A stretch of DNA of 60,458 bases from contig JBHEMS010000044.1 of the NCBI GenBank assembly GCA_046262455.1, positions 1-60,458 of the forward strand, read 5' to 3'. The notes beneath the pieces were generated by a model, which was not told the origin of the DNA, did no database searches, and was given only the letters and a program-made list of their open reading frames with translations. A program made the position numbers and the translations under genes. The DNA is from Candidatus Dormibacteria bacterium. Its GTDB lineage: Bacteria > Chloroflexota > Dormibacteria > DASZGP01. Shown here in pieces: positions 48,997 to 58,392 of this stretch (position 1 is its first letter; the number at the start of each line of letters is the position of its first letter).

Positions 48997-50265
48997 GTGT
49001 TCCTGGACGACGTCCGGATCCGGGTTCGCTCGGGCGCCGGCGGTCCCGGGGCGATGACCTTTCGCCGCGAGAAGTTCGTTCCAAGCGGCGGTCCGGACGG
49101 TGGTGACGGCGGCCATGGCGCTGACATCATCCTCGTCGCCAGCGCCGGGCTGAACAGCCTTTCTCACTTCAAGGGGAGGCGCTTGGTCAGCGGCCAACGC
49201 GGGCGCCCCGGCCGCAGTGCCCTGAAGCACGGGTCTGACGCGGAGGCGGTTCGCCTCCTGGTGCCCGTCGGGACTGTGGCCATCGACGATGAGAGCGGGC
49301 AGTTGATCGGCGAGCTGACCGAGGATGGCGCCGAGTTGGTGGTGGCCCGGGGGGGCCGGGGCGGCCGGGGCAACGCGCGATTCAGCAACAGTCGCCGCCA
49401 GGCGCCGCGCTTCGCCGAGCTGGGCGAGCCCAGCCGGGAGTTGGGACTTCAGCTCGAACTGCGCCTGATCGCCGACGTCGGGCTGGTCGGCGCTCCCAAC
49501 GCCGGCAAGTCCACGCTCCTGGGCGCGCTGACCGCGGCGACACCGCGCATCGCGGACTACCCTTTCACCACCCTCGAGCCCAACCTGGGCGTGCTCGAAC
49601 TGACCGACGGGGACCGCCTGGTCCTGGCCGACGTTCCAGGGCTCATCGAAGGTGCCTCAGAGGGTGTCGGCCTCGGCACCGCGTTCCTCAAACACCTCAG
49701 CCGCACGTCGATCCTGGTGCACCTCGTAGACGCCTCGGCGGGCGTGGCGGAAGCGCGGGCGGCCTTCGAAGCCGTCCAGGACGAGTTGGCCGGCTTCGAC
49801 GCCGACCTTCCGGGACGTGTCCGGGTGGTTGCCCTCAACAAGGTGGACGTTGTTGGCAGTAGCAGCGCGGCGAAGTTGCTCACCACGCAGCTGGCAACCC
49901 CCGGGAGGGAGATCGTGACCGTCTCCGCCCGAGAGCGGGAGGGGCTGGCCGAGCTCGTCGAGGCGGTCGCCCGGGTCCACGCTGCCGCGCGCGGGCCGCA
50001 CCGGCCGCCGCTTCGTGTGTACCGGCCCGAGCCACAGTTCGGCCCCCTCGAAGTCGCAGTGGAGGGCGACGTGTTCACCGTCACTGGGGTGGAGGTGGAG
50101 CGGATCGTGACCCAGACCGACATGTCGAACCCGGACGCCCTGGAGCGCATGCAGCAACTCCTCGGCGCCGCCGGGCTGCGCCAGGCCCTCGTCGCGGCTG
50201 GCGCGGGCGAAGGCGACACGGTGCGCCTGGGTGACCAGGAGTTCCTGTTCAACCCAGAGCTGTGA
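48997..50265 (+). CDS. obgE: GTPase ObgE/CgtA
   Basis: GGPDGGDGG, GAPNAGKST, YPFTT, DVPG, NKVD, C-terminal OCT domain. Confidence 0.96.
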   Translation: MFLDDVRIRVRSGAGGPGAMTFRREKFVPSGGPDGGDGGHGADIILVASAGLNSLSHFKGRRLVSGQRGRPGRSALKHGSDAEAVRLLVPVGTVAIDDESGQLIGELTEDGAELVVARGGRGGRGNARFSNSRRQAPRFAELGEPSRELGLQLELRLIADVGLVGAPNAGKSTLLGALTAATPRIADYPFTTLEPNLGVLELTDGDRLVLADVPGLIEGASEGVGLGTAFLKHLSRTSILVHLVDASAGVAEARAAFEAVQDELAGFDADLPGRVRVVALNKVDVVGSSSAAKLLTTQLATPGREIVTVSAREREGLAELVEAVARVHAAARGPHRPPLRVYRPEPQFGPLEVAVEGDVFTVTGVEVERIVTQTDMSNPDALERMQQLLGAAGLRQALVAAGAGEGDTVRLGDQEFLFNPEL

Positions 50266-50275
50266 GGCCGAGGTC

Positions 50276-50878
50276 CTGATAGGGCTCCTGGGCGGAACCT
50301 TCGACCCGGTTCACCTCGGCCACGTGGAGGTCGCCAGGCAGGCGCGATCCCTCCTCGGTCTAGACCGGGTCCTGTTGGTCCCGGCTTTTCAGCCGCCGCA
50401 CAGGCCGCCCCCCGCCGCCGTCCCCGAGGATAGGCTGGCCATGGCCCGCCTGGCGGTCGAAAACGAGCCGGGGCTGGTGGTTGATGACATCGAAATTCGC
50501 CGCCGCGGGATCTCGTACACCGTGGAGACGCTGCGCGAGGTCTCCCGGCGTGAACCCCGTGAGGACCTGGTCCTGCTGTTGGGTCGGGATGCCGCGCTGG
50601 AGTTCGGATCCTGGCGGGACGGGAAGGCCATCGCCGCCCTGGCCACCCTGGCGGTGGTCAACCGCTCTGGGTTGGAGGCGGGGGCCGGCGCCACCCTCCC
50701 TGCGGGTGCCATCGACCTGGTGATCGACTCGCCCGAGATTTCCGCCACCGCCGTCCGCGACGCCCTGGCTGCCGGTGCGGATCCGTCCGGAATGCTCGCC
50801 CCGTCGGTTACGAGCTACATCCGTGAACACCGGCTGTATGGCGCCGGCGGCGGTGGGCGCCCGCGCGCGCTGTCATAA
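50276..50878 (+). CDS. nadD: Nicotinate-nucleotide adenylyltransferase (start probably CTG 50276)
   Basis: GGTFDPVHLGH, PPH, SYTVETL, ISAT.VR. Confidence 0.92.
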   Translation: MIGLLGGTFDPVHLGHVEVARQARSLLGLDRVLLVPAFQPPHRPPPAAVPEDRLAMARLAVENEPGLVVDDIEIRRRGISYTVETLREVSRREPREDLVLLLGRDAALEFGSWRDGKAIAALATLAVVNRSGLEAGAGATLPAGAIDLVIDSPEISATAVRDALAAGADPSGMLAPSVTSYIREHRLYGAGGGGRPRALS

Positions 50879-50888
50879 TCCGGCCCGG

Positions 50889-51260
50889 ATGACGTCCCGT
50901 GAACTGGCCACGCTGGTCCGAGAGGCGGCGCTGGCCAAGAAGGCCCGCGACGTCGTCGAAATCGACGTCCACGGTCGAAGCTCGGTGACCGACTTCTTCA
51001 TCGTCTGCGAAGGCGACACTGACCGCCAGACCAGGGCGATCGCGGACTCCATCAAGGACGAGGCGGCCAAGCACGGCCTCAAGCCGTTCCAGAGCTCGGG
51101 GGAGTCCGACGGCGCCTGGATCCTGCTCGATTTCGTCGACGTTATCGCGCATGTCTTCTTGCCTGGCGAGAGAGCGTTCTATGACCTCGAATCCCTCTGG
51201 GAGGCACCGCCGATGGTCAGGGCTGCCGCCGCGCCAAAGCGTCCCAGGCGCACTGCCTGA
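50889..51260 (+). CDS. rsfS: Ribosome silencing factor
   Basis: KKA.DV..IDV, WILLDFVDVIAHVF, R.FYDLE.LW. Confidence 0.95.
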   Translation: MTSRELATLVREAALAKKARDVVEIDVHGRSSVTDFFIVCEGDTDRQTRAIADSIKDEAAKHGLKPFQSSGESDGAWILLDFVDVIAHVFLPGERAFYDLESLWEAPPMVRAAAAPKRPRRTA

Positions 51261-51329
51261 ACCACGGGAGACACAGGGTCGACAGCTCAACAGCCGTCCT
51301 GACAGGGCCGGGACGCCGCGGCTAGGGTG

Positions 51330-51358
51330 TTGACCATGGGGGACGCACGACATACGCT
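51330..51358 (+). promoter_or_regulatory. Putative sigma70 promoter TTGACC-N17-TACGCT
   Basis: Exact 17-bp spacer; ends 24 nt before the ATG at 51383. Confidence 0.6.
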
Positions 51359-51382
51359 GGTCTTCGGCGTGCAACGCCACAA

Positions 51383-52423
51383 ATGAAGCAGCTAACGTCG
51401 CAGCACCGGATCCTCCTGGCTACCCTGGCGGTCATCGTGGCCGCCTGTGGCGCCGTGGCCGTCGTCCATCCGACGCCCTACCAGGCTGCCAACCCCAAGA
51501 GGTACGTCGCCTCACCGGCTTCGCCCCCGGCCTCGGCCGCCCCTGAAGCTCCGCCCCTGCCGCCGGCGGCAGCTGGGCCGCTGCCGGGGCAGAACCTGCC
51601 CCTCTCGGGGCCCCTGCCCTACCCCTTGCTGATCCAGATCGAGAACACCCCGCCGTCCCGTCCCCAGGCCGGGTTGGCCGCCGCCTCGCTGATCTTCCAG
51701 TACATCACCGAGTCCGACATCACCCGTTTCTCCGCCATCTTCCACCGTGTCCCTGGCGTGGTCGGTCCAGTGCGCAGCGCGAGGTTCATCTCGCTGTACC
51801 TGTATCACCGATTCAACGCCCTGATGATGGCCAGCGGGGCCGGGACGGCGACCTACGGGCGCGTCTTCCACGAGCAGGGCACGGGCGCCCTGTTCAACGA
51901 CTTCGACAACGCCGGGGCCTACTTCTTCCGCTGGGGCGGGCGCGCCGCGCCGCACAACGTGTACACCTCGCAGGCGAGCATGCTCCGCGCCGCCCACAAC
52001 GGCTACCGCACGCCCCGGGCCGATGATGTCCTGCGGTCCAGCAACTGGGCGGGCACCGAGCCCGCGCCGCACATCGCCGTCCCCGCGATGCGGGCGAGTT
52101 TCGATTACAGCAACGGCACCTACTCGGTGGTCACCGACGGCATCCTGCAAACCGACGTGATCTACGGCGACATCCGCCCGCAGAGCGTGGTCGTGATGCA
52201 CGTCAGGCAGTGGACCACCTCCGAGATCCATGATGTCAACGGGGTCTTCGGCCGCGATTTCGACATGAATTCCGGAGGCGGGGCGGACATCTTTGCCGGG
52301 GGAACCGTGATCCACGGCCGCTGGTCGTCGCCGGGGGAGAATTCGCCCCTGGTGTTCAGCGATCCGGGGGGCAAACCGGTGGGCCTGCCGCCGGGCCTCT
52401 CCTGGATCCTGCTGGCGGAGTAA
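51383..52423 (+). CDS. DUF3048 (YerB-like) exported protein
   Basis: IEN.P..RPQAGL..A, E..ITRF, GPVRSAR, R.APHNVY, W......G.P..L.PG..W. Confidence 0.85.
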   Translation: MKQLTSQHRILLATLAVIVAACGAVAVVHPTPYQAANPKRYVASPASPPASAAPEAPPLPPAAAGPLPGQNLPLSGPLPYPLLIQIENTPPSRPQAGLAAASLIFQYITESDITRFSAIFHRVPGVVGPVRSARFISLYLYHRFNALMMASGAGTATYGRVFHEQGTGALFNDFDNAGAYFFRWGGRAAPHNVYTSQASMLRAAHNGYRTPRADDVLRSSNWAGTEPAPHIAVPAMRASFDYSNGTYSVVTDGILQTDVIYGDIRPQSVVVMHVRQWTTSEIHDVNGVFGRDFDMNSGGGADIFAGGTVIHGRWSSPGENSPLVFSDPGGKPVGLPPGLSWILLAE

Positions 52424-52472
52424 GCGCGCCGCCCACAAGGGGCGTGGATTTGGTCCTCGCTAAACTCTGCCG

Positions 52473-53444
52473 ATGCCAGAACCAGCCGGCCTTCTCGGCG
52501 ACGTGCTGCGCCGGCGGGTCGTCATCCTCACCGGGAAGGGTGGCGTCGGTAAGAGCACCAGCGCGGCCGCGATCGCCCTGATCGCATCCCAGGAAGGCAA
52601 GAAGGTACTGGTCATCGAGGTCGATGCCAAGGGCAATGTCCCGGACTTCTACGACACCCACCGAGTGGGTTTCAAGTACCGCCGTCTGCACAAGGACGTC
52701 TACGGTCTGTCGATGCAGCCGAGGGAGTCGATGCACGAGTACCTGTCGATCATGCTGCACGTCCCGAAGTTCTCGCTGAACCCACTGAGCGGCTTCATGA
52801 ATTACGCGTCGCAGGCCATCCCCGGCCTCAAGGAGATCCTGGTCACCGGGAAGATCTACTTCGAAGAGAAGGCGGTTGACGACGGCAGACTGCGCTGGGA
52901 CCTGATCGTCGTGGACGGCGCCCCAACCGGCCACGTCGTATCCCAGCTCGGTGCCGCCGGCCATTTGAAAACGCTGGTCCGCTCGGGGCCGATCCACGAC
53001 CAGGCGGAGCGGATCGACGCCCTGCTCGTCGACCCGGAGAGGACCGCGGTGCTGCTGGTCACGATCCCCGAGGAGATGCCCACGATGGAGACCATCGACC
53101 TTGCGGGTCGCTTCAAGGACGAGACCGGTATCGAACCCTTCGGGCTGATCGTGAACCAACTCCAGCCGCGCCAGCTGTCCGGGGATGTCGGCGAGGAGTT
53201 TCGCTCCCTGGTCGCGACTGTGGGGGCACGGAAGTTCCTTGAGGAGCATGCCGAAGGGCAGCCGCTACTCGACGCCGGCGAGATGCTCCTCGAGGAGCGC
53301 GCGCGCGCCGACCACCTGCGCGCCATGCTCAAGCGCACCCTGAAGCTGCCGACCCTGGAGGTCCCCACGATCTACCAGCGCAAGCACGGGTTCGCCTTCA
53401 CGCGACTGCTGGCCAGGACCATGCTGGAGGTCGCGGGCGCGTGA
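52473..53444 (+). CDS. ArsA/Get3-like ATPase, subunit 1
   Basis: GKGGVGKS, PGLKE, VDGAPTGH, PEEMP; TAAACT 6 nt before ATG. Confidence 0.9.
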   Translation: MPEPAGLLGDVLRRRVVILTGKGGVGKSTSAAAIALIASQEGKKVLVIEVDAKGNVPDFYDTHRVGFKYRRLHKDVYGLSMQPRESMHEYLSIMLHVPKFSLNPLSGFMNYASQAIPGLKEILVTGKIYFEEKAVDDGRLRWDLIVVDGAPTGHVVSQLGAAGHLKTLVRSGPIHDQAERIDALLVDPERTAVLLVTIPEEMPTMETIDLAGRFKDETGIEPFGLIVNQLQPRQLSGDVGEEFRSLVATVGARKFLEEHAEGQPLLDAGEMLLEERARADHLRAMLKRTLKLPTLEVPTIYQRKHGFAFTRLLARTMLEVAGA

Positions 53445-54556
53445 CGATCGACGACCTGCTGGGCCCGGGCATCATCGTGATGTGCGGCAGTGACGGTGTC
53501 GGCAAGACCACCACCTCGGCGGCACTGGCGGCGCGGGCCGCCTGGTACGAGGACCTGAGAGTGGCGGTGTTGACCATCGACCCCGCACGCCGGCTGGCCA
53601 ACGCGATGGGCCTGGAGCGCCTGGGCAACCGGCTGCGCAAGGTGGATCTCGAGAAGGCCGCCGCCCGCGGTCACGCGCCCAGGGGAACGCTGCACGCCGG
53701 GATGCTGGAGGCCAAGTCCGCCTGGGACGACCTCATCGCCCAGCGCGCTGGGAGCAAGGAACTCGCCGCGACGATCATGCAAAACCCCTTCTACAAGGAG
53801 ATCTCAGGCGCCTTTGTTGGGTCACACGAGTACATCGCGATGGAGCGGCTGTATGACCTCTGGGGCTCGGAGAAGTACGACCTCATAGTCCTGGACACCC
53901 CGCCGAGCCGCAACGCGCTGGACTTCCTCGAGGCCCCGGCGCGGATGACGGAGCTGGTCAGCGGCGGGCTTCTGGGGATGCTGGCGAGGCCGGGGATGTT
54001 CGCCGGGAAGGTCGGCCTGCGGATGTTCAGCCTGACCGCGAAACCGATCATGAGCATCGCCGACCGCCTGCTGGGAGGCTCCACGCTGACCGAGCTCTCG
54101 GAGTTCCTCATGAGCATCGAGGGGCTGTACGACGGCTTCAAGCAGCGGGCGGAAGGTGTTTACCAGCTCCTGGGCGACGCGGGTACCAAGTTTGTCGTGG
54201 TCACCACGCTGGAGGAAGTGCCGTTCGAGGAGGCACGCTTCTTCGTGGAGAAGCTAAAGGAAGCCAACATGAACCTTGCCGGGGCGGTCATCAACAAGCG
54301 GCTCCCGGACCTGCTCACGGATGCCCGCGCCGCCAGCCTGGCCCGGCGCCTGGTTGAGCGCTCCTCGCCCGCGGAGCGCCTCCTGGCGGAGAACTACCTG
54401 GACCTGCGCACGCTGGCGCAGCGGGACAAAGACCTGCTGGCGCGAGTGCAGGAGCTGGGCGTCGCGGTGCTGGGCTCGGTGCCCCGGATGTCGGAGCCGG
54501 TGCACGACCTTCACGGCCTGCTGGAGGTCGGTGATCTGATGGCGGGCGCCGCCTAA
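53441..54556 (+). CDS. ArsA/Get3-like ATPase, subunit 2
   Basis: GSDGVGKTT, TIDPARRLA, EYIAME, DTPPSRNALDFL; GTGA overlap. Confidence 0.9.
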   Translation: MTIDDLLGPGIIVMCGSDGVGKTTTSAALAARAAWYEDLRVAVLTIDPARRLANAMGLERLGNRLRKVDLEKAAARGHAPRGTLHAGMLEAKSAWDDLIAQRAGSKELAATIMQNPFYKEISGAFVGSHEYIAMERLYDLWGSEKYDLIVLDTPPSRNALDFLEAPARMTELVSGGLLGMLARPGMFAGKVGLRMFSLTAKPIMSIADRLLGGSTLTELSEFLMSIEGLYDGFKQRAEGVYQLLGDAGTKFVVVTTLEEVPFEEARFFVEKLKEANMNLAGAVINKRLPDLLTDARAASLARRLVERSSPAERLLAENYLDLRTLAQRDKDLLARVQELGVAVLGSVPRMSEPVHDLHGLLEVGDLMAGAA

Positions 54557-55797
54557 CTTCTCGGCATCGCCCCGTCGCGCTTGAAGCGCGCGATGCGCGC
54601 CATCGTGAGTGTCGGCGCGGCGACCGGGTCCGGCCGGGCGGCCGGGTCGGCGGGAGGTTGGGCCCCGAGGCGATCCGCGGCGGCGACCACCAGCCGGCGG
54701 GTGTTCTCGGTCACCGCGCTGTGCTGGCGCTCGCTGAGGACCAGGACGCGCGCCCCGTGGACAAAACACCACGCCAGCAGGAGGGCGGTTGCCACCTCGC
54801 CGACCCGGCCCCGGGTCGCGAGGCTGTTCAACGCGAGCCCCGCAGCGGGGACCAGCAACGCGGCGGCGACGTACACATAGCGGCCCTGCGCCGCCGACTG
54901 CGCGCCGTACTGCAGGCGGCCGGCGCTGATGATGGCGAACAGTGCCACCGCGCCAACCACGCCGGCCACCGCGATGGCGTTGCCACCGCGGTCGCCGATC
55001 AGCTTCCACGCCGCCCACGAACCCGCTGCGACGGTCAGCAGCGGCCCGGTCCACTTCAACCCGGACGCCATCTCGGAGGACGCCGTCAGGCCGACCCACA
55101 CGAAATGGAGGGAGCCCGCCAGGCTGGGACGGGCGTACGCCTGGCCCGACGCGGTGTGCCCAAATGTGAGGTACCAGGCGGCGAAGCACAGCAGGGGCAG
55201 CGCGCCGACGCTGAGCGCGGCGATTGGCCCGCGACGCAGTGCGATCGCGAGCGCGACAACCAGGAGCATCACGATGCCCATCCCAGAGCACATCAGCGCG
55301 CCCACCAGCGCGGCGGCGGCAAGCATATCCGTCCGCCCGGTCGTCCTCCCGGTCGCGGCCAACAACAGCGCACCGTAGCCCAGGAACACCGAGCCGACGA
55401 ACCCCATCTGCCACGCCCACACCAGGTTCTCGGCCCCGGCCCCCAGCACCAGGAACGCGGCCGTGAGAAAAACCGCGATCCAGCCGCCGACGCCCTCGCC
55501 GCGGAGAACGCGCCACAACAGGTGGGCCACGCCGGCGTGCAACACCACCACGATTGCCAGGTAGGGCAGGTAGTGACGCAGCCCGAGCAGCGGGTAGAGA
55601 GCCTTGTAAACCAGGTAGGGGAGGGTCGACCAGTGCTCGTTGTGGGGCTGGAACAGTGGGAGCGAGTGGTTGCCCACGATGTCCCACTCGTCGTAGTGGA
55701 ACCAGAAGTGACGTCCGAGGTAGAGCAACAGGGTCACCGCCGCCAGCAGGGTTGCGGCGTGGACGGCGGCGAGCCGCTGGGACCGCGGCGGGGTCAA
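54553..55797 (-). CDS. Polytopic membrane protein, GT-C-fold glycosyltransferase-like
   Basis: TTG overlaps the paaD stop; YDEW and HNEH in the first external loop, ENL.W, about 11 TM, GRY.Y. Confidence 0.6.
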   Translation of the reverse strand: MTPPRSQRLAAVHAATLLAAVTLLLYLGRHFWFHYDEWDIVGNHSLPLFQPHNEHWSTLPYLVYKALYPLLGLRHYLPYLAIVVVLHAGVAHLLWRVLRGEGVGGWIAVFLTAAFLVLGAGAENLVWAWQMGFVGSVFLGYGALLLAATGRTTGRTDMLAAAALVGALMCSGMGIVMLLVVALAIALRRGPIAALSVGALPLLCFAAWYLTFGHTASGQAYARPSLAGSLHFVWVGLTASSEMASGLKWTGPLLTVAAGSWAAWKLIGDRGGNAIAVAGVVGAVALFAIISAGRLQYGAQSAAQGRYVYVAAALLVPAAGLALNSLATRGRVGEVATALLLAWCFVHGARVLVLSERQHSAVTENTRRLVVAAADRLGAQPPADPAARPDPVAAPTLTMARIARFKRDGAMPRS

Positions 55798-56288
55798 CCC
55801 CTGGATCCGATCGGCTTGAAGACCTCGAGCGGTTCGCCGCAGTTCCGGCAACGGGCCATGGCGCGGCAGGGGGTGGTCCCGAACCGGGAAACCAGGGTCA
55901 CCTGCCGCAGGCTGCACTGCGGACAGGTGATCTCCTCAACCCTGATCCGTCCGCGCTGGGGTGGCACTATGCCATGCTCCGCCACCTGGCGCCGGCCGGT
56001 CTCGCTGATCATGTCGGTGCTCCAGGGAAGGTCGGCGCGCAGCACCACCCGTGATGGCGTGACCCCCGCCGCCAGCAGGGCCGCGTTGATCTCGCGCTCG
56101 ATGATGGCTATCGCCGGGCAGCCACTGAACGTCGGGATGACCTCCACCAGCACCACGCCCGCCTCCTCGCGGACGTCGCGGATCATGCCCATCTCGACGA
56201 TGGACGCGGTGGGGATCTCAGGGTCCTTGAGGTCCGCGAGGGCCAGGCGCGCGCTCAGGATGCGGCGGCCGGCCGCCGCCGTCACCAC
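55794..56288 (-). CDS. paaD: Phenylacetyl-CoA epoxidase subunit PaaD (SufT/DUF59-like)
   Basis: DPEIP, PTFSGCPA, WSTD.I, CPQC...C....C..C.EP..VFK. Confidence 0.9.
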   Translation of the reverse strand: MVTAAAGRRILSARLALADLKDPEIPTASIVEMGMIRDVREEAGVVLVEVIPTFSGCPAIAIIEREINAALLAAGVTPSRVVLRADLPWSTDMISETGRRQVAEHGIVPPQRGRIRVEEITCPQCSLRQVTLVSRFGTTPCRAMARCRNCGEPLEVFKPIGSRG

Positions 56289-57115
56289 GTCGCCCCCGGG
56301 TGGGCGCGACGCATCGCGGTGAGGTCGGTGTGCAACTGCCCCAGGCCCGGGGGTGTGGGCCAGGGACCCTCACCCCCCAAGCCGCGCAGGGCCACGTCGG
56401 CGTCGTCGTGGCGCCAGCCACCCGCGCCCGTGAGCTGCAGTCGCAGGGATCCTGCAAAGCTCTTCTCAAGGTCGGACGGGGCGGGCAGCCTGCCGGCTCC
56501 GGCGAGCTCGGCGAGGCCGCTCAGCCGGCGCGATGGGCTGCCGCCGATGGCCACCACGCGCGTCAGCGCCGCCACCAGGCGCTGCTGCTGCGGGGGTCGG
56601 GACGACAGCAGCTCCAGCCACTGCACGGCGTGCTCCTGGTGGTAGACCTCCTCATTGAGGATCCGCTCTGCGGCCGAGGGCAGCAGAGGCAGCGTCGCCG
56701 ACAGCGCGGCATTCAGCAACACCTGTTCCCAGGTGTCCCAGTACACGTGCCGCGCGATCGTGAAAAACCAGTCCCCGTTGGGCGCATGGAGCAGCGGCAG
56801 GTGGCGCATCTGCCGGGGGCTGCGGTCGAGGGCCAGGCTGTCGACGGCGCTCTCGTCGGCGGCTCCCGTGATCAGTGCGTAGTACAGGTGGGCGTGGCCC
56901 ATCTCGTCCTGGGCGATGGAGCTGAATGCGACGTCCTCCTCCGCGGATGGGGCGAACCCCGTCCACTCCGAATGCCGGTGGCCCAGGACCAGCTCGCTGT
57001 CCGCAAGTGCCAGCAGGAGGTCGCCGTACGCTGAACGCACCCCGGGCAGAAGCTCCTGGAGCTCGGGGTTGCTGACCGTTAGGCCCGCGCCGCGGCGCGA
57101 CGCAGTGGCAGTCAA
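56282..57115 (-). CDS. paaC: Phenylacetyl-CoA epoxidase subunit PaaC
   Basis: LADSELVLGHR.SEW..FAP..EED, DEMGH, EE.YH; TTG overlaps the paaB stop. Confidence 0.88.
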   Translation of the reverse strand: MTATASRRGAGLTVSNPELQELLPGVRSAYGDLLLALADSELVLGHRHSEWTGFAPSAEEDVAFSSIAQDEMGHAHLYYALITGAADESAVDSLALDRSPRQMRHLPLLHAPNGDWFFTIARHVYWDTWEQVLLNAALSATLPLLPSAAERILNEEVYHQEHAVQWLELLSSRPPQQQRLVAALTRVVAIGGSPSRRLSGLAELAGAGRLPAPSDLEKSFAGSLRLQLTGAGGWRHDDADVALRGLGGEGPWPTPPGLGQLHTDLTAMRRAHPGATW

Positions 57116-57444
57116 CTGTGGAGATCCGGGCCCGAGGAGCTCAGCGAGTCGTCCTCGGTGAGCCTCGTCGCCGGGATGTTGGCCTCCACCAGGCGCCGGC
57201 GTTTGCCAAGGTCGGCATAGGTCTGGATTTCGCGATAGCTGTGATCCAGTCCCTCCGCCTCGCCGCGGCGAAACCGGCGCACCCCGTCGTCGGGGGCCAA
57301 CCAGATCTCGTCGGCCTCGTCGCGGCGCGAGAAACACTGGCGCGCCTGCGTCAGACCCAGTTCCGGGTTGGGCGCGTCCACCTCGCCCACGTACCGCATC
57401 TGCTCCTGGCTGTCCTTGCGTCCGAAGACGAGGTAGCGCGCCAC
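57112..57444 (-). CDS. paaB: Phenylacetyl-CoA epoxidase subunit PaaB-like
   Basis: Y.VF.R......YVG.V.A...E..L..AR..F.RR......IW; lies between paaA and paaC. Confidence 0.8.
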   Translation of the reverse strand: MARYLVFGRKDSQEQMRYVGEVDAPNPELGLTQARQCFSRRDEADEIWLAPDDGVRRFRRGEAEGLDHSYREIQTYADLGKRRRLVEANIPATRLTEDDSLSSSGPDLHS

Positions 57445-57452
57445 CGGCGCGG

Positions 57453-58364
57453 TCAGTCCAGGAGCTGGCGCACCGCGGCGTGCTTGCGCCAGAAGGCGCG
57501 GCGCAGCGCCAACCGTCGCTCGCTCTCGGGGCCGTGGTTGGTGACCACCTGCTTCAGCCGATCCCAGTCCGGCGGGGTGTATTGCCAGGTGCCGTCCTCG
57601 AGCCGCTTCAATGCGGGGTCGGGAAGGGTGAAGCCCAGCGACCAGATCCTGGGAACGTAGCGGCCGATGAACTCCTGCCGTAGCTGCTCGTTGCCCTTGG
57701 TCTTGACGCGGTACTGGATGAGCAGGTCCTTGGCCGGGTCGCTGGGCGGGCCGAAGAAGTGCATCAGCGCCTCCCACCAGGCATCCAGGGCCTGCTGGAA
57801 CATCGCCCGCTGCGCGGGGCTGCCGGATGACAGCTCCAGGGTCAGCGCCTCCCCGTGCTTGAGGTGCAGCGACTCCTCGGCGCAGATCCGGCGCAGGGCG
57901 CGCGCGTAGGGCGCGTAGCTGGATTCCAGCAGCGCGTGCTGGGTGACCAGCGCCGCCCCGTCCACCAGCCAGCCGATCAAGGCCACGTCACCCCACGTGG
58001 GCACGGGGTAGTGGAAGACGTTGTGGAACTTGCTGCGGCCGTGAACCAGGTCGTCGAGCATCTGGGTTCGCGGCTTGCCCAGGTCCTCCGCGAGCGAGTA
58101 CAGGATCTGGGCGTGGCCGACCTCATCCTGGACCTTGGCCGTCAGCGTCAGCTTGCGCATCAGGGACGGCGCGCGGGGGATCCACTCGCGCTCCGGCATC
58201 GCGCCCATGAACTCGCTGTTGGCGTGCATCTCGAGAAACTTGAGCACCCCGGCGCGGTAGTCGTCGGGCATCCAGTCGGATGCCTCCACCTTGCCGCCCG
58301 ACTGGACGTGGGCCAGGAAGGACTCTCGGTCGGCGGGGCGTTCTTGCTTCAGGGCCAGGCTCAT
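57453..58364 (-). CDS. paaA: Phenylacetyl-CoA epoxidase catalytic diiron subunit PaaA
   Basis: DWMPDDYR, HANSE, RAPSL.RK, AKVQDEVGH, EESLH. Confidence 0.93.
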   Translation of the reverse strand: MSLALKQERPADRESFLAHVQSGGKVEASDWMPDDYRAGVLKFLEMHANSEFMGAMPEREWIPRAPSLMRKLTLTAKVQDEVGHAQILYSLAEDLGKPRTQMLDDLVHGRSKFHNVFHYPVPTWGDVALIGWLVDGAALVTQHALLESSYAPYARALRRICAEESLHLKHGEALTLELSSGSPAQRAMFQQALDAWWEALMHFFGPPSDPAKDLLIQYRVKTKGNEQLRQEFIGRYVPRIWSLGFTLPDPALKRLEDGTWQYTPPDWDRLKQVVTNHGPESERRLALRRAFWRKHAAVRQLLD

Positions 58365-58392
58365 GCCTCTAGCCTACCCCTCCAGAAGGGGT

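Noticed and set aside
52473-54556. Arsenic resistance operon
   Set aside because: No arsB, acr3, arsC, arsD or arsR nearby; the pair matches the non-arsenic ArsA-like type.
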